A DNA stretch of 64,000 nt from Octopus sinensis. Lineage: Eukaryota. Location of the stretch: NCBI RefSeq assembly GCF_006345805.1, contig NC_043004.1, positions 14,384,001 to 14,448,000 on the forward strand, in the 5' to 3' direction. The notes below the pieces were generated by a model that did not search any database, was not told the origin of the DNA, and saw nothing but the letters and a program-made list of their open reading frames with translations. Each line of letters begins with the position of its first letter. Position 1 is the stretch's first letter. Of this stretch, positions 49,507-60,823 are shown piece by piece. The position numbers and the translations under genes were made by a program.

Positions 49507-49799
49507 GATACAAACATACATACGCAGTTAAATGCATATACATACATGGATAGCAAATACATACATACATACGTACCTACATACATACATGCATACATAC
49601 ATACACATACATACACACATACATACATACATACATACATACATACATACATACATACATACTTTAATACATACGTACATGCTTACATACATATATACAT
49701 ACATACATGGTAGCTGCCCCCTCGTTATCGAGTATGGCCATTGCACGAAGCTTAATCAATGTTGTTATCGTGCAATGCCTGTGCAAGAAGATTTTTTTA

Positions 49800-50240
49800 T
49801 AAAGTGAGGAAAGGCTGTGCACTGAGTCAATCCCACTCACTAAGCAACATCAGTCATAATCCGAAAAGAAGAACAAGTCAACATCATCGGTAACCACTGA
49901 GCCGCATGTTTTATGTCGGAGTTATCCCAGTTACCTGAGTTACCTTCTCCTAAAAGGATGCCCTAACAAAGGCTAGGAGTCCTTCACTACCAATGGTTTA
50001 ACCGCGCGATCGGGTATTCAGTCCTATTATTTCTATGTCCCCGCGCATGATACAGCCTTAAGACATTTATTGGATGGCCGTTGACTCTCAAGAGTTCCTC
50101 CGCCCTTTGGCGGGTTTTGTTTTTCATCCCGCAGGGTGTCCAATAAACACTGCCGGTTTAGTCGCCGACGACCCGACTATGCTACAGGTTGTACTGGGTT
50201 ACATGTTACCAGTAGCACTCGAAAGTGACCTGACACTACA
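49800..50240 (-). mobile_element. Possible RTE-clade LINE 5' region
   Basis: Minus-strand CTAGCCTTTGTTAGGGCATCCTTTTAGGAGAAGGTAACTC resembles a motif I associate with RTE 5' UTRs. Bounded by (TACA)n. No clear coding remnant. Confidence 0.35.
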
Positions 50241-50296
50241 TACATACATACATACATACATACATACATACATACATACATACATACATACATACA

Positions 50297-50327
<31 letters not shown>

Positions 50328-51179
50328 GTACATAGATACATACAAACATACAATGATATGACTGAATGGCAAATAGTCCTTCCCAAAATTTGGGCTATCG
50401 TAAGCAATATGAATTATATGATTAACTAAAATAATTTATGAGGTTTTTAGGCCTTGTTTACATCGAAGATTTCCGAATAAAGGAACATAGTTGTGTTCCA
50501 TTTTCTACTAAGCGTGACAACGACCCAGGATACGGAAGCGTCTGATTGGGTTTCTGGGCAACAAGGTCGATCATCTGAACAGTTCTAATTTCACGATATG
50601 GCATAGGATATCAAAACTAAGTGGTACTCACGTGGACACACGAACCACCCAGCTGCACGTTACTACTGACAAACAAAATCACCAACATGTATATAAAAAA
50701 CAGTGAAATGCACAGTGAAAGAGCATGTATGGAGAAAACCAAACAAGAATAATAACAAAAGTAACTACTATAACGCACAAACATTGTCCACAACTTCCTG
50801 AAAGATGACCATTGGTTCGAGTAGCCAGGCTGAATTTAAACAAACAACATCAAATCATCAAAAGCTTAAGACACATTTTAAAAACTTTATTTATTCATTT
50901 TTGTTTGGGGGTGGGGGTCTAGCAGCAAAGAGCAGCATATACTGTCAAAAATGTCGGCTAGTTAGATACACAGACCTCATATTTGCAATGAGCACGCTCG
51001 ACAAATGCAGAAGGTAAAAACAGAGGGCCGCCTACCGAAAGTTCGACAGATTTTTTTCCGTCATGGAAAGCTTACACCGTCAGAATCAGTAAACCGACGA
51101 AGCACGACGAAGCACATCAACTATTAATTGTAACTCCTTTCATGAGATCCATTATAATTGTATTAATAGGATATAATAT

Positions 51180-51372
51180 TTTCTACTAAAGACACAAGGT
51201 CTGAATTGTTGGGAGGGGACATCAACCCCAGTGTTTTATTGGTACTTAATTTATCGATCCCGAAAGTGTGAAAGGCAAAGTCGACCTCGGCGGAATTTGA
51301 ACCCAGAACGCAGCGACGGGCGAAATACTGCTAAGCATTTCGCCCAGCGTGATAACAATTCTGCCAGCTCGG
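51180..51372 (-). mobile_element. CORE-type SINE, tail type 2
   Basis: Same head/CORE as 21113 but a different tail (CCTTGTGTCTTTAGTAGAAA). Confidence 0.8.
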
Positions 51373-52050
51373 TTCCTTATTAATAGGATATAATACAGAA
51401 ATAGTAAGCAAGTAGCAAATGACAAAAAAAATGTCAAGATGTGGCTGTGCGGAAAACCATGCCGTTAAAAGACTAAACTGGGCGTATGGATTTCCATTGT
51501 AGATTGGTATTGAAATGTTTTCATGAAAAAACTGCGTGTCTCTTTGTATGTTATTTTCGGTCGGATGCTGCATGTAATGCCTCCGGAGGCATGTCACACC
51601 ATCCTGATGAAAAAGCAGATTATTGTAAGAAACCGGAAACTACAACTGAGATATAGCTGACTGAGAGTATTTTAGCAGACGGATAAATCGTGTAATTAGG
51701 GTGAACAGCCCTACGGTTTTACATGTACATTTCACTCTTGTCCGTTCACTCTCCGTGAAGATGTAAATCACAACTAGTTACAGTTTGTTATGATATCCTG
51801 AAGAGCGGCACTCCGGCGAGAGGGCTCAAACGCAGACGCTATCCGAAACTTCCAGTTCATGTATACTTTGAATAAAATTTTCGGATGGGCCCCAATAAGC
51901 TTGTTAAGAGATTGGCGAATGCTATCAGTAATGTGGTGGGGGTGCATAAATCATTATGCACTTCCTATTTCAGTTATTCCCTACAAGTCTAACCTCATAT
52001 GAAGCCCTGATCTCATACGATACAGTGTAGGACGCAGGGATCAAAAACTT

Positions 52051-52451
52051 GACGACTGCAGGGGACCTCCGGGCCAGCAGTCAAGTAGCGGTATGCTTAA
52101 TTATACTAGATAGAATCAACTAGCTAGAGTCAAGTAACGGCAAGCTTAATTATATGTTGTTTTAGAACTCCATTTAAGGACAGAAGAGTTGTGACGACTG
52201 CAGAGCACCCCCGGACCAATCAGGCTCTACATCGGTAGAGTCAACTAGCGGTATGCTTAATTATACTAGATAGAGTCAAATAGCGGTATGCTTAATTATA
52301 TGTTGTTTTAGAGCTCCCTTTATGGACAGAAGAGTTGTGACGACTGAAGGGCACCCCCCGGGTCAATCAGGCTCTACATCGGTAGAGTCAACTAGCGGAA
52401 TGCTTAATTATATGTTGTTTTAGAATTCCATTTGTGAACAGAGGAGTTGTT
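52051..52451. repeat. Nested (higher-order) minisatellite
   Basis: Three ~113-146 bp units starting GACGACTG contain five copies of AGTCAA.TA.CGG.A.GCTTAATTATA. Confidence 0.9.
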
Positions 52452-53463
52452 TACAGGTTTCTAAATTTGCAGTCATTGTTTCACTGTCTTCTGAATAACA
52501 CAGTTACAGAAAATTCCTAATAATAATACAACCGTAGCTGTATCCATATAGCTATAGATTATATATTCAAACGATGGAATTGGGTTAGAGGTGGATATTA
52601 CCTAGCAAAGAAACGCATAAAATTTTTCCTTTGTGAATAACCTGTCAGGTTCCATGCTATTAATTTGTTCGTATAAGTTTACGTTTTATACAGTAAACTA
52701 AAATCCTTTCATTTTAAATAAATTCGTTGTTATTGAAGAAAGCAGTAAAGCTCTGATTAGCATCCGTGAAATTTTAAATCTACTAATAAAACTAATGAAG
52801 TGAAACACCCTCAGAAACAATTTTGAAAATACGTTTTAAAATAAGAAAACTTTGATATCGACGGTTCGGTTGCAGTTAACGATTTTTAATTTTTTTTGTG
52901 TGTGTAATAACGTTCTGTTCTACCTTCATTTATCTCTCCCCCTTATTTCTCATCCACCCCACTCTTCTCGTCCGTCTGATTCTCCCCTTCTCTCTCTCTC
53001 ATTCTTACTTTCTCTAAGTACATACACACACACACGCACACGCATATATATATACATGCATATACGCATACATATATATATATACGTACATACATATGCA
53101 TACATACATACATACATATATATATACATAAATGCATAAATGCACATACCTATACATACATATATATACATACTCATATATACATACATAAATATACAAA
53201 CATATACATATATAAATACACACATATATATATATATATATACATATATATATACACACATATATATGTGTATATATAAACATATATATTCATATATTTA
53301 TATACGTATACATACATTCAATCATACGCACACATACACCCACACATATATCATACAACAACCATGAAGCTAATAGTGTAGCACCTTTTAAAACAGAGAT
53401 TCTTTATATTACATGTATATATGAATGTATGTATATATATATATATGTATGTATATATATATG

Positions 53464-53494
<31 letters not shown>

Positions 53495-53511
53495 ATGCAT
53501 GTATATATACT

Positions 53512-53552
<41 letters not shown>

Positions 53553-53607
53553 GCATGTATATATACTTGTATATATATATATATATATTGAGCGTGTATT
53601 TATGCAT

Positions 53608-53638
<31 letters not shown>

Positions 53639-53831
53639 GTATATAAATATATATACATATATATATCATGAAGATAATAATATAGTACCTTTAAAAAACA
53701 GATTCTTTATATTACATGCTTAAGAGCTACATATTTTTTCCCATCTAATGAAGTTCGCACAGGTGTTTTCAGTCACTTATAATCAGCAGGTATAGTCATT
53801 CTTCAAGTGAAGTATTATTTAGCACATGTAC

Positions 53832-53890
<59 letters not shown>

Positions 53891-54232
53891 AGCACAAATA
53901 CACGTTAACACTTACATCCACACATGACTGAGAGGATCTGACACACGAAACCAACGCCCGCATCTCTCCCACCACACCTGCACGAGGTAGACACTCTGCC
54001 TTAAGCCATTCATGAATGCACAATAAAATATCTGTGTATGACAAACACAAACGCATCCACACACACAGACACACACACACACACACAAACAATACAATAA
54101 TAAAATAATACAAAATTGATAAAAACTGACGCATACACTTAGACACAGTGGTCGGCTTATCCACATATATATTGTGACCATACATATACACATACACTAA
54201 CACTGCGATTACGTACATAGTTTACAAATAGA

Positions 54233-54641
54233 GGATCTTTTCGGTTTGAACGGCAGTTATTTCTAGCGGTGTCATATGAAATTGTCACCCATAATTATGA
54301 CCCTAGTATCGATCTATTGCATTTCAATCTATTTTAGGGTTAGAGGTGGGGGGAAGGGTATCTTTTTTTCTCCACAAATGCAAATAAACCCAATCTGTTT
54401 CTTAAATGAGGGACATATTCATACGGCACAGAATGTTGTTTACCTTAAAGGACGTCAGTGATTGGTTGAAATTGCAGAAGTTGAAGAAAAAACAACAAAT
54501 ATCTTACAAACTATAGAATTTTCACAATAAAGCCAAGAGAAAAAGATGTTTCATAAACACATTCTACCAGTATACGAAGTTTAAAATTCTTTAGTTACCT
54601 AGAAATTATGTTAAAAACTGCCGTTCAAACCGAAAAGATCC
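54233..54641. mobile_element. Non-autonomous TIR element (Merlin-like MITE), 409 bp
   Basis: 26-bp perfect TIR GGATCTTTTCGGTTTGAACGGCAGTT. 8-bp TSD CAAATAGA at 54225-54232 and 54642-54649. 5'-GG termini. Confidence 0.85.
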
Positions 54642-55221
54642 CAAATAGATACTTCCTCATTTGCTTTTCTAAGTATAAGACCTTATGCATTGTATTACAC
54701 ATCGCTATTAGACGTCTGCCATTTTGATCAACATATTCTACTCTGTTTCACTCATTTTCTTTTCTCTACAACAATATTGTATTTTCCTTATACACCTGCA
54801 ACTTTCTGATGATGTACTGAAGTTGGAAACGTCGAATGTATTGAGAAATTTAATAGTTTCAATTTCATCGTCAAAATGAAACATTTCTTGTTCAGTTTAT
54901 CCCCTCGGTCTTCATTTTCGTTAATAATTATGTGTATACACAAACACGCAAATCACCTAAGCATATACGCTTATAGATACACTGAAGCTCGCATGCACGC
55001 ACACTCACATAAACATACATATCTGGCTGAGATCACATCCAGAGAAACAGCTCTGATATAAGGACCTAATAGTGAAGTGGGAGCCAGCATATTCGATGTT
55101 TGGGCGAATCATCGTTTAAGATTTTCTAATCCCTAATGTATCACTGTCATAAAATTTTTCACCAGTGTAATATATAACATATATATAATTTCAAGTGTCA
55201 AGCGAGACTCTTTTTGTAGCA

Positions 55222-55227
55222 CTACTG

Positions 55228-55319
<92 letters not shown>

Positions 55320-55516
55320 ACTACTGCTGCTGCTGCTGCCGCTTCCACTGTTACTACAACTACTACTACTACTACTACTTCTGCTGCTGCTGTTACTACT
55401 ACTACTATTTCTGCTGCTGCTACTGCTGTTACTACTACTGCTGCTACTACTACTACTTCTGCTGCTGATACGACTACTACTACTACTACTACTACTTCTG
55501 CTGCTGCTACTGCTGT

Positions 55517-55548
<32 letters not shown>

Positions 55549-55570
55549 GTGCAGCTGCTGCTACTGCTGT
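55222..55570. repeat. (CTA)/(CTG) compound trinucleotide microsatellite
   Basis: Directly visible. Source of the poly-Ser and poly-Leu ORFs. Confidence 0.95.
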
Positions 55571-55700
55571 TACTGCTGCTTACTACTTCATACGCAGCGT
55601 CGCTATTGTTATGTTTATTATTATTATTCTTATACTTTCTTAAATACGTCAATGATTTCGCAGTTCTATATTTAAGAGATGTGGAATTATGTATAGTACT

Positions 55701-55841
55701 TACATTATTTACATTTGACGGATATTTGTCCTCATCTTCTTTGTTGATAACACAACGTTTCGGCTGACATGCCTTCCAGCCTTCATCAGGTGGCTTGGGG
55801 AAATTTTGAACCTGGGTTCTCATTCCTGGGGTATTTTTTGA

Positions 55842-55923
<82 letters not shown>

Positions 55924-55997
55924 CCATCACTGCCTGGAATCGAAATCGGAATCTTGGGGTTAGTAGCCCGTGCTCTTAACCACTACGCCATATGCCC
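55701..55997 (-). mobile_element. tRNA-derived SINE with internal (TAA)n and Penelope-like tail bearing a hammerhead-like motif
   Basis: A box TGGCGTAGTGG (55990-55980), B box-like GATTTCGATTCC (55947-55936), TAA tract 55845-55922, CTGATGA-A-GGCTG-10nt-CAGCC-GAAA-CGTT (55789-55754). Confidence 0.8.
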
Positions 55998-56578
55998 ATG
56001 CGAGACAGGGAATGCAGTATCGGAACACTCACGAGTCCACAGGCAAAATATCCGGAACACCAATGTTCACCAAGTTCATTTAGTGAACATATAGAGACAT
56101 GTGATCAGAAAATGTTTCTAATTTTTCCTTTCCGCGAACTACGTGACACAAGCGACATTGGAAGAAAAAAAAAAGAAGACCGGTTAATTAAAATATTCAA
56201 ATAACAGCAACAATATAACAACCAGTTTATTATGTGGATTAAAAGATATCTCAAACATATAAATAGAAACAAATTAAAGAATATCGGTACGTCTGACAAA
56301 CCGTTATGTTTAATCTGCATGCGGATTGTTGAAAAACGTATTCTAAAAATTCAGCTTGTTGGAACGTTTTAAGAAGTACTAAAATTATCAAGAACTCCAC
56401 TGTCAGTTAAGCATATTTCAAATCTGATGATTACTCTACATATGAAAGCGCTAAGTCAACTTTATGAGCATTACAGAATATATATATATATATATATTTA
56501 TTAACATATCATAATGAAAAACGTGAAAACCAGACAATGTTTTAACGTTTTTCAGCTGTTATATATATTCGTGTATAC

Positions 56579-56682
<104 letters not shown>

Positions 56683-57841
56683 AATAGCTATACATGCATG
56701 TATCTCAAATCATTTTCTCGGTGGAACAGGTTTCTGAGAACAACAATTAAGGATGGAGTAATTGCATATATATAGTTCTCATATTTGATGAGTAATGACT
56801 AGAGAAAAACATTTTGTTGTCATTTCTATTTTCACCTCGCTACTTTGAACAATAACTATCGCGACAACAAACACTTGTCCTTCACTGACACCATCAACAC
56901 TTCAAGAGATATTTATTGTTGGTAAGAGCGAAAATGAAAACACCATTATTGTTGTAAAGAAATGTAGCGTCATAGAGTTCAACAACTATCAAAGAAAACA
57001 ATGCCGACACGACCATACACACTGCCAGCATCACCATAAAGTGTACAGCTACCAATGACCAGACATCTTTCGCCTCGAGCCCTGTCAAACTGCGCAATCA
57101 TAGCAGCAGCTGCGGTAACGGCCAAATTATATAATGATAAACATAACTTAATAGACAAACTTCTGCAATATTATGAAGATTTGCAGATGTGGTCAAGATT
57201 TGGTAGACGAAGATTATCGAAAATATAGAAGCGTCTAAAAATAATTAAAACAGGTTTGTCAACGTGAAATGCGTGGCGCGAAAAGGGAGAAGTGTGAAGG
57301 ATTACCATGAGATAAATTTGACGTATTTCTAACTCTCAAAGCCGTTTCCAATGTATGCCCAGAAATCTGGTTGTATATATGTATGTGTATATGTGCGTGT
57401 GTGTGTGCGTGTATATCTAACGTTGCGAAGATACGTAACTTTAGCCTACAAACAGATTCTAAGAGAGCAAATGATAAACTTGACAGTATGTTCCATGAGA
57501 AAAATAAGAGTTTTTCAATAATCAGTATTAAAATAATAAGCAATAGAAAGTAATTATGGCATTGCGCGAATGCGAGCTGATAAACTGAGAAACTAAACCG
57601 ATTTAGTCGCTGAATTAATATATTATGGTAGGTGAATATTACTCCATAGAAATTTGATACAACTGTACTCATCTGCAAATATTTTCCTTAATATAATGGA
57701 TATTGACGGATTACATGTTAGAATAGAAATGCAATTGTTCTTAGAGCAGAAATATATTCAAGCGTATTTTCCAAAACATACTGAATCCTTTTCATACAAG
57801 AAAGAAAATTCCGGATTATTTCTCAAACGACGATCGACATA

Positions 57842-57908
<67 letters not shown>

Positions 57909-58996
57909 GTTATTATTATTATTAGTATTATTATTAAAGAAGTTATTAGCACAGTGACAGTTCAAAATATAAAAGTTGGATAATATATAGTAACAATTTT
58001 TTAAAATACCTGCAGAAAAACGCGTATACGTTGGAACGCAGAATTATAACCGCTAAATTTCCTCAGAGTAAAGGCATATTCTCAAGCGTTGTGTTATGTT
58101 TGTGGGAATTATCTTTAGTCAACATTGTTGTAGTTCAGGTCAGATATGATATCAAACGCTTTAGATTAGTCATAAGATAACTAGCGATGAGTGTTGCCGA
58201 TCATCTGACACGGGCGGGAGTGAGCGAGGAAGATATCACATCTGTCTTAGAGCAAATGGAAACAGTATATCAATATATCGATTGAAATGGCGACAGATCT
58301 CATATAAATATTTAGAAGGGCATGCATCATTCTCATAGCACCCATGAATCTGGTGGTGGTGATAACGAAATTTACAATAGATTAGGGCTACAAGTCAATG
58401 TAGATATGCAAACCAAATCAATTTACACGTCAATATTTTGTTATTTAGTCTTTACTTCCAATTATACTGTAACTAAGATTACATCATTAAATGTTTCCCT
58501 TTTTTTTCCTTTTCTTTTAGCCGCAAGGTAGGATGAGACTTGATGACGTTATGTCTTTATCTTATACGTCTTGTGACTACATAGACACAAATATTTGTCT
58601 CGGATAAGGTCCAGTGTGGTTTACATGTAACATTGACATTCAACATATTGCAGCTTTCTCAATACGTTATCGTTCTCTGATCTTATATAATAGATATTGT
58701 GGCATTTGATACGTTAGTACGTCGGCAGAAATCATAGGAATTTTTTCTCAAACGTTTCAAGAAAATTAATTTCTAGAATCATTTATCATCTCAGAATATT
58801 TAGTAATGAGTTTCAATAAAAAGGACTTTATCCAACAAAATTTTAATGCAGTATAGGAAGGATAGAATTATTCTCTCACAGATTGAAGATTATGAATAGT
58901 ACAAAGTTATATATAAACATTATGACAGCATGTAAATAAAATATTTTTTCTTTATCAGTGTTAAACATACTTCCCACCAATATACTGATATATCAA

Positions 58997-59193
58997 GGCG
59001 GCGAGCTGGCAGAAACGTTAGCACGCCGGGCGAAATGCTCAGCAGTATTTCGTCTGTCACTACGTTCTGAGTTCAAATTCCACCGAGGTCGACTTTGCCT
59101 TTCATCCTTTAATTAAGTTGCGGACTGGGGTCGATCTAATCGACAGGCCCCTCTCCCAAAATTTCAAGCCTTGTGCCTTGAGTAGAAAAGAAT
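58997..59193 (+). mobile_element. CORE-type SINE, tail type 2
   Basis: GGCGGCGAGCTGGCAGAAACG head, GAGTTCAAATTCC B box, CORE partly deleted, CCTTGTGCCTTGAGTAGAAAAG tail. Confidence 0.85.
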
Positions 59194-60041
59194 ATATTGA
59201 TGTGCATGTCTCTGAACTTCTTTACCAAAACTACATAACTTTTCCTCTAGTTTGTGTTTAGTCAGGCCTCGCTCAATACATACATTCGATAAAATAAATG
59301 AAAGCCATATTGCATAACGTGTTCAGCGATAAATCATCTTCGGGAAATTAAGTCGATAATCAGAGGGACAACACTTTGACCAAGGATCAGTGAGATCAAG
59401 CTAAATGCAGGACTAAACAAACGTTTAAAGTTTTCGCAAAAAAGCTAAAAAGATTGAGCTGACGCATATCGATGGTACCATACAGACTAGTGAGAGACAG
59501 ATACTTTACTGTTGCCAACCTCGAAAGAATAAAAGATATTGTAGACCTACGCTGGATTTGACGGGAACACGAAATGAAACAGAAATGTACCACAATTTTC
59601 TTCGCGTTAACGAATCTGGCAGGTCATCGCTTCGTCCGCAGGACTAAATAATGCAATGAAAAAATTTGTTATCTGTTTTCATAACACTACATACTCTGCT
59701 ATTACTGCAAAATTTACTGTATAGGTTTCTTTCATAGCTGGAATGCCAGTACATAAGGTGTTAATATTTTTGCAAATTTCATTTTAGCAGCGTAGGTTAA
59801 CTCTGTTTTGAGATCAACTAGTGCTGCATTGCTAAGAGATAGAATACTTGAAAAAAATGCAACACTTTTTATCGATAATGCTACCGAATAACTTTGTACT
59901 GTTGCATAATATGACTTTGGTTTGTAATGGAATAAAGTACTATACAGTTATCTATTCTTTGTTTTACTATATTTATTATATACTACGTACGATTTGCACA
60001 TATGCATATCTGTGTACTTTTACCAACGCAACCACGAAGAT

Positions 60042-60044
<3 letters not shown>

Positions 60045-60076
<32 letters not shown>

Positions 60077-60229
60077 ATATATATATATATGTATATACAT
60101 ATATATATATGTATATACATATATATATATACATATACATATACATATATATATATATATATATACAATATATATATACACACACACATATATATATATA
60201 TGTGCACATATATATATATATGTATATAC

Positions 60230-60260
<31 letters not shown>

Positions 60261-60346
60261 ATATATATATACATATACATATATATACATATACATATAC
60301 ATATATATACATATATATATATAGACATATATATATATATACATAT

Positions 60347-60390
<44 letters not shown>

Positions 60391-60395
60391 TATAC
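60045..60395. repeat. (TA)n/(TACA) compound microsatellite (similar tracts at 4351-4492, 20395-20640, 23185-23397, 38075-38110, 38325-38457, 42280-42510, 53040-53665)
   Basis: Directly visible. Confidence 0.95.
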
Positions 60396-60787
60396 ATATC
60401 TGTGTGTGCGCGTTTGTGTATGTATGAAGGCATGTGTATGTATATATAGGTTTGTGTGCGTGTATGTATATACAGGTGTTTGTATGGATATATATATGTG
60501 TGAATATATGTATATATATATATATATATATTTGTATGTGGGGGTATGGATGTAGAGAAAGAGAAAGTGAAGAAGGATATGCTATGTAATATATATGTAT
60601 ATAATGTATATTTGCGTTATTTAAATATATATACATAGAGAGATAGATAGAAAGATAGATAGATACATAGATAGGTTGATATATACGTACATGTATATAA
60701 TGTTTATATATATATATATATATATGCATATTTATGTATAAATATATATGTATATGTATATATATATATGTGTGTGTATGTGTGTAC

Positions 60788-60823
<36 letters not shown>

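Noticed and set aside
51577-51640. 16-bp palindrome ATGCCTCCGGAGGCAT followed by CTGATGA...GAAACCGG
   Set aside because: No stem II and no UH triplet after the palindromic segment; insufficient for a hammerhead call.
52051-52451. CRISPR-like repeat-spacer appearance
   Set aside because: Spacers are themselves repeated and very unequal (8 to ~85 bp), there are no cas genes, and the context is eukaryotic.
55191-55823. Poly-Ser and poly-Leu ORFs (also poly-Ile/Asn at 2090-3080 and poly-Thr at 41479-41727)
   Set aside because: Trinucleotide microsatellite translations.
55927-55997. Possible tRNA gene (also the heads at 4280-4350, 21113-21200, 43335-43410)
   Set aside because: No full cloverleaf or acceptor stem; each continues into SINE body and tail sequence.
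56894-57097. Hydrophobic 67-aa membrane-like ORF on the minus strand
   Set aside because: The plus strand looks like decayed CAN-type triplets whose complement yields Val/Leu/Met; no convincing splice signals or homology recognised.
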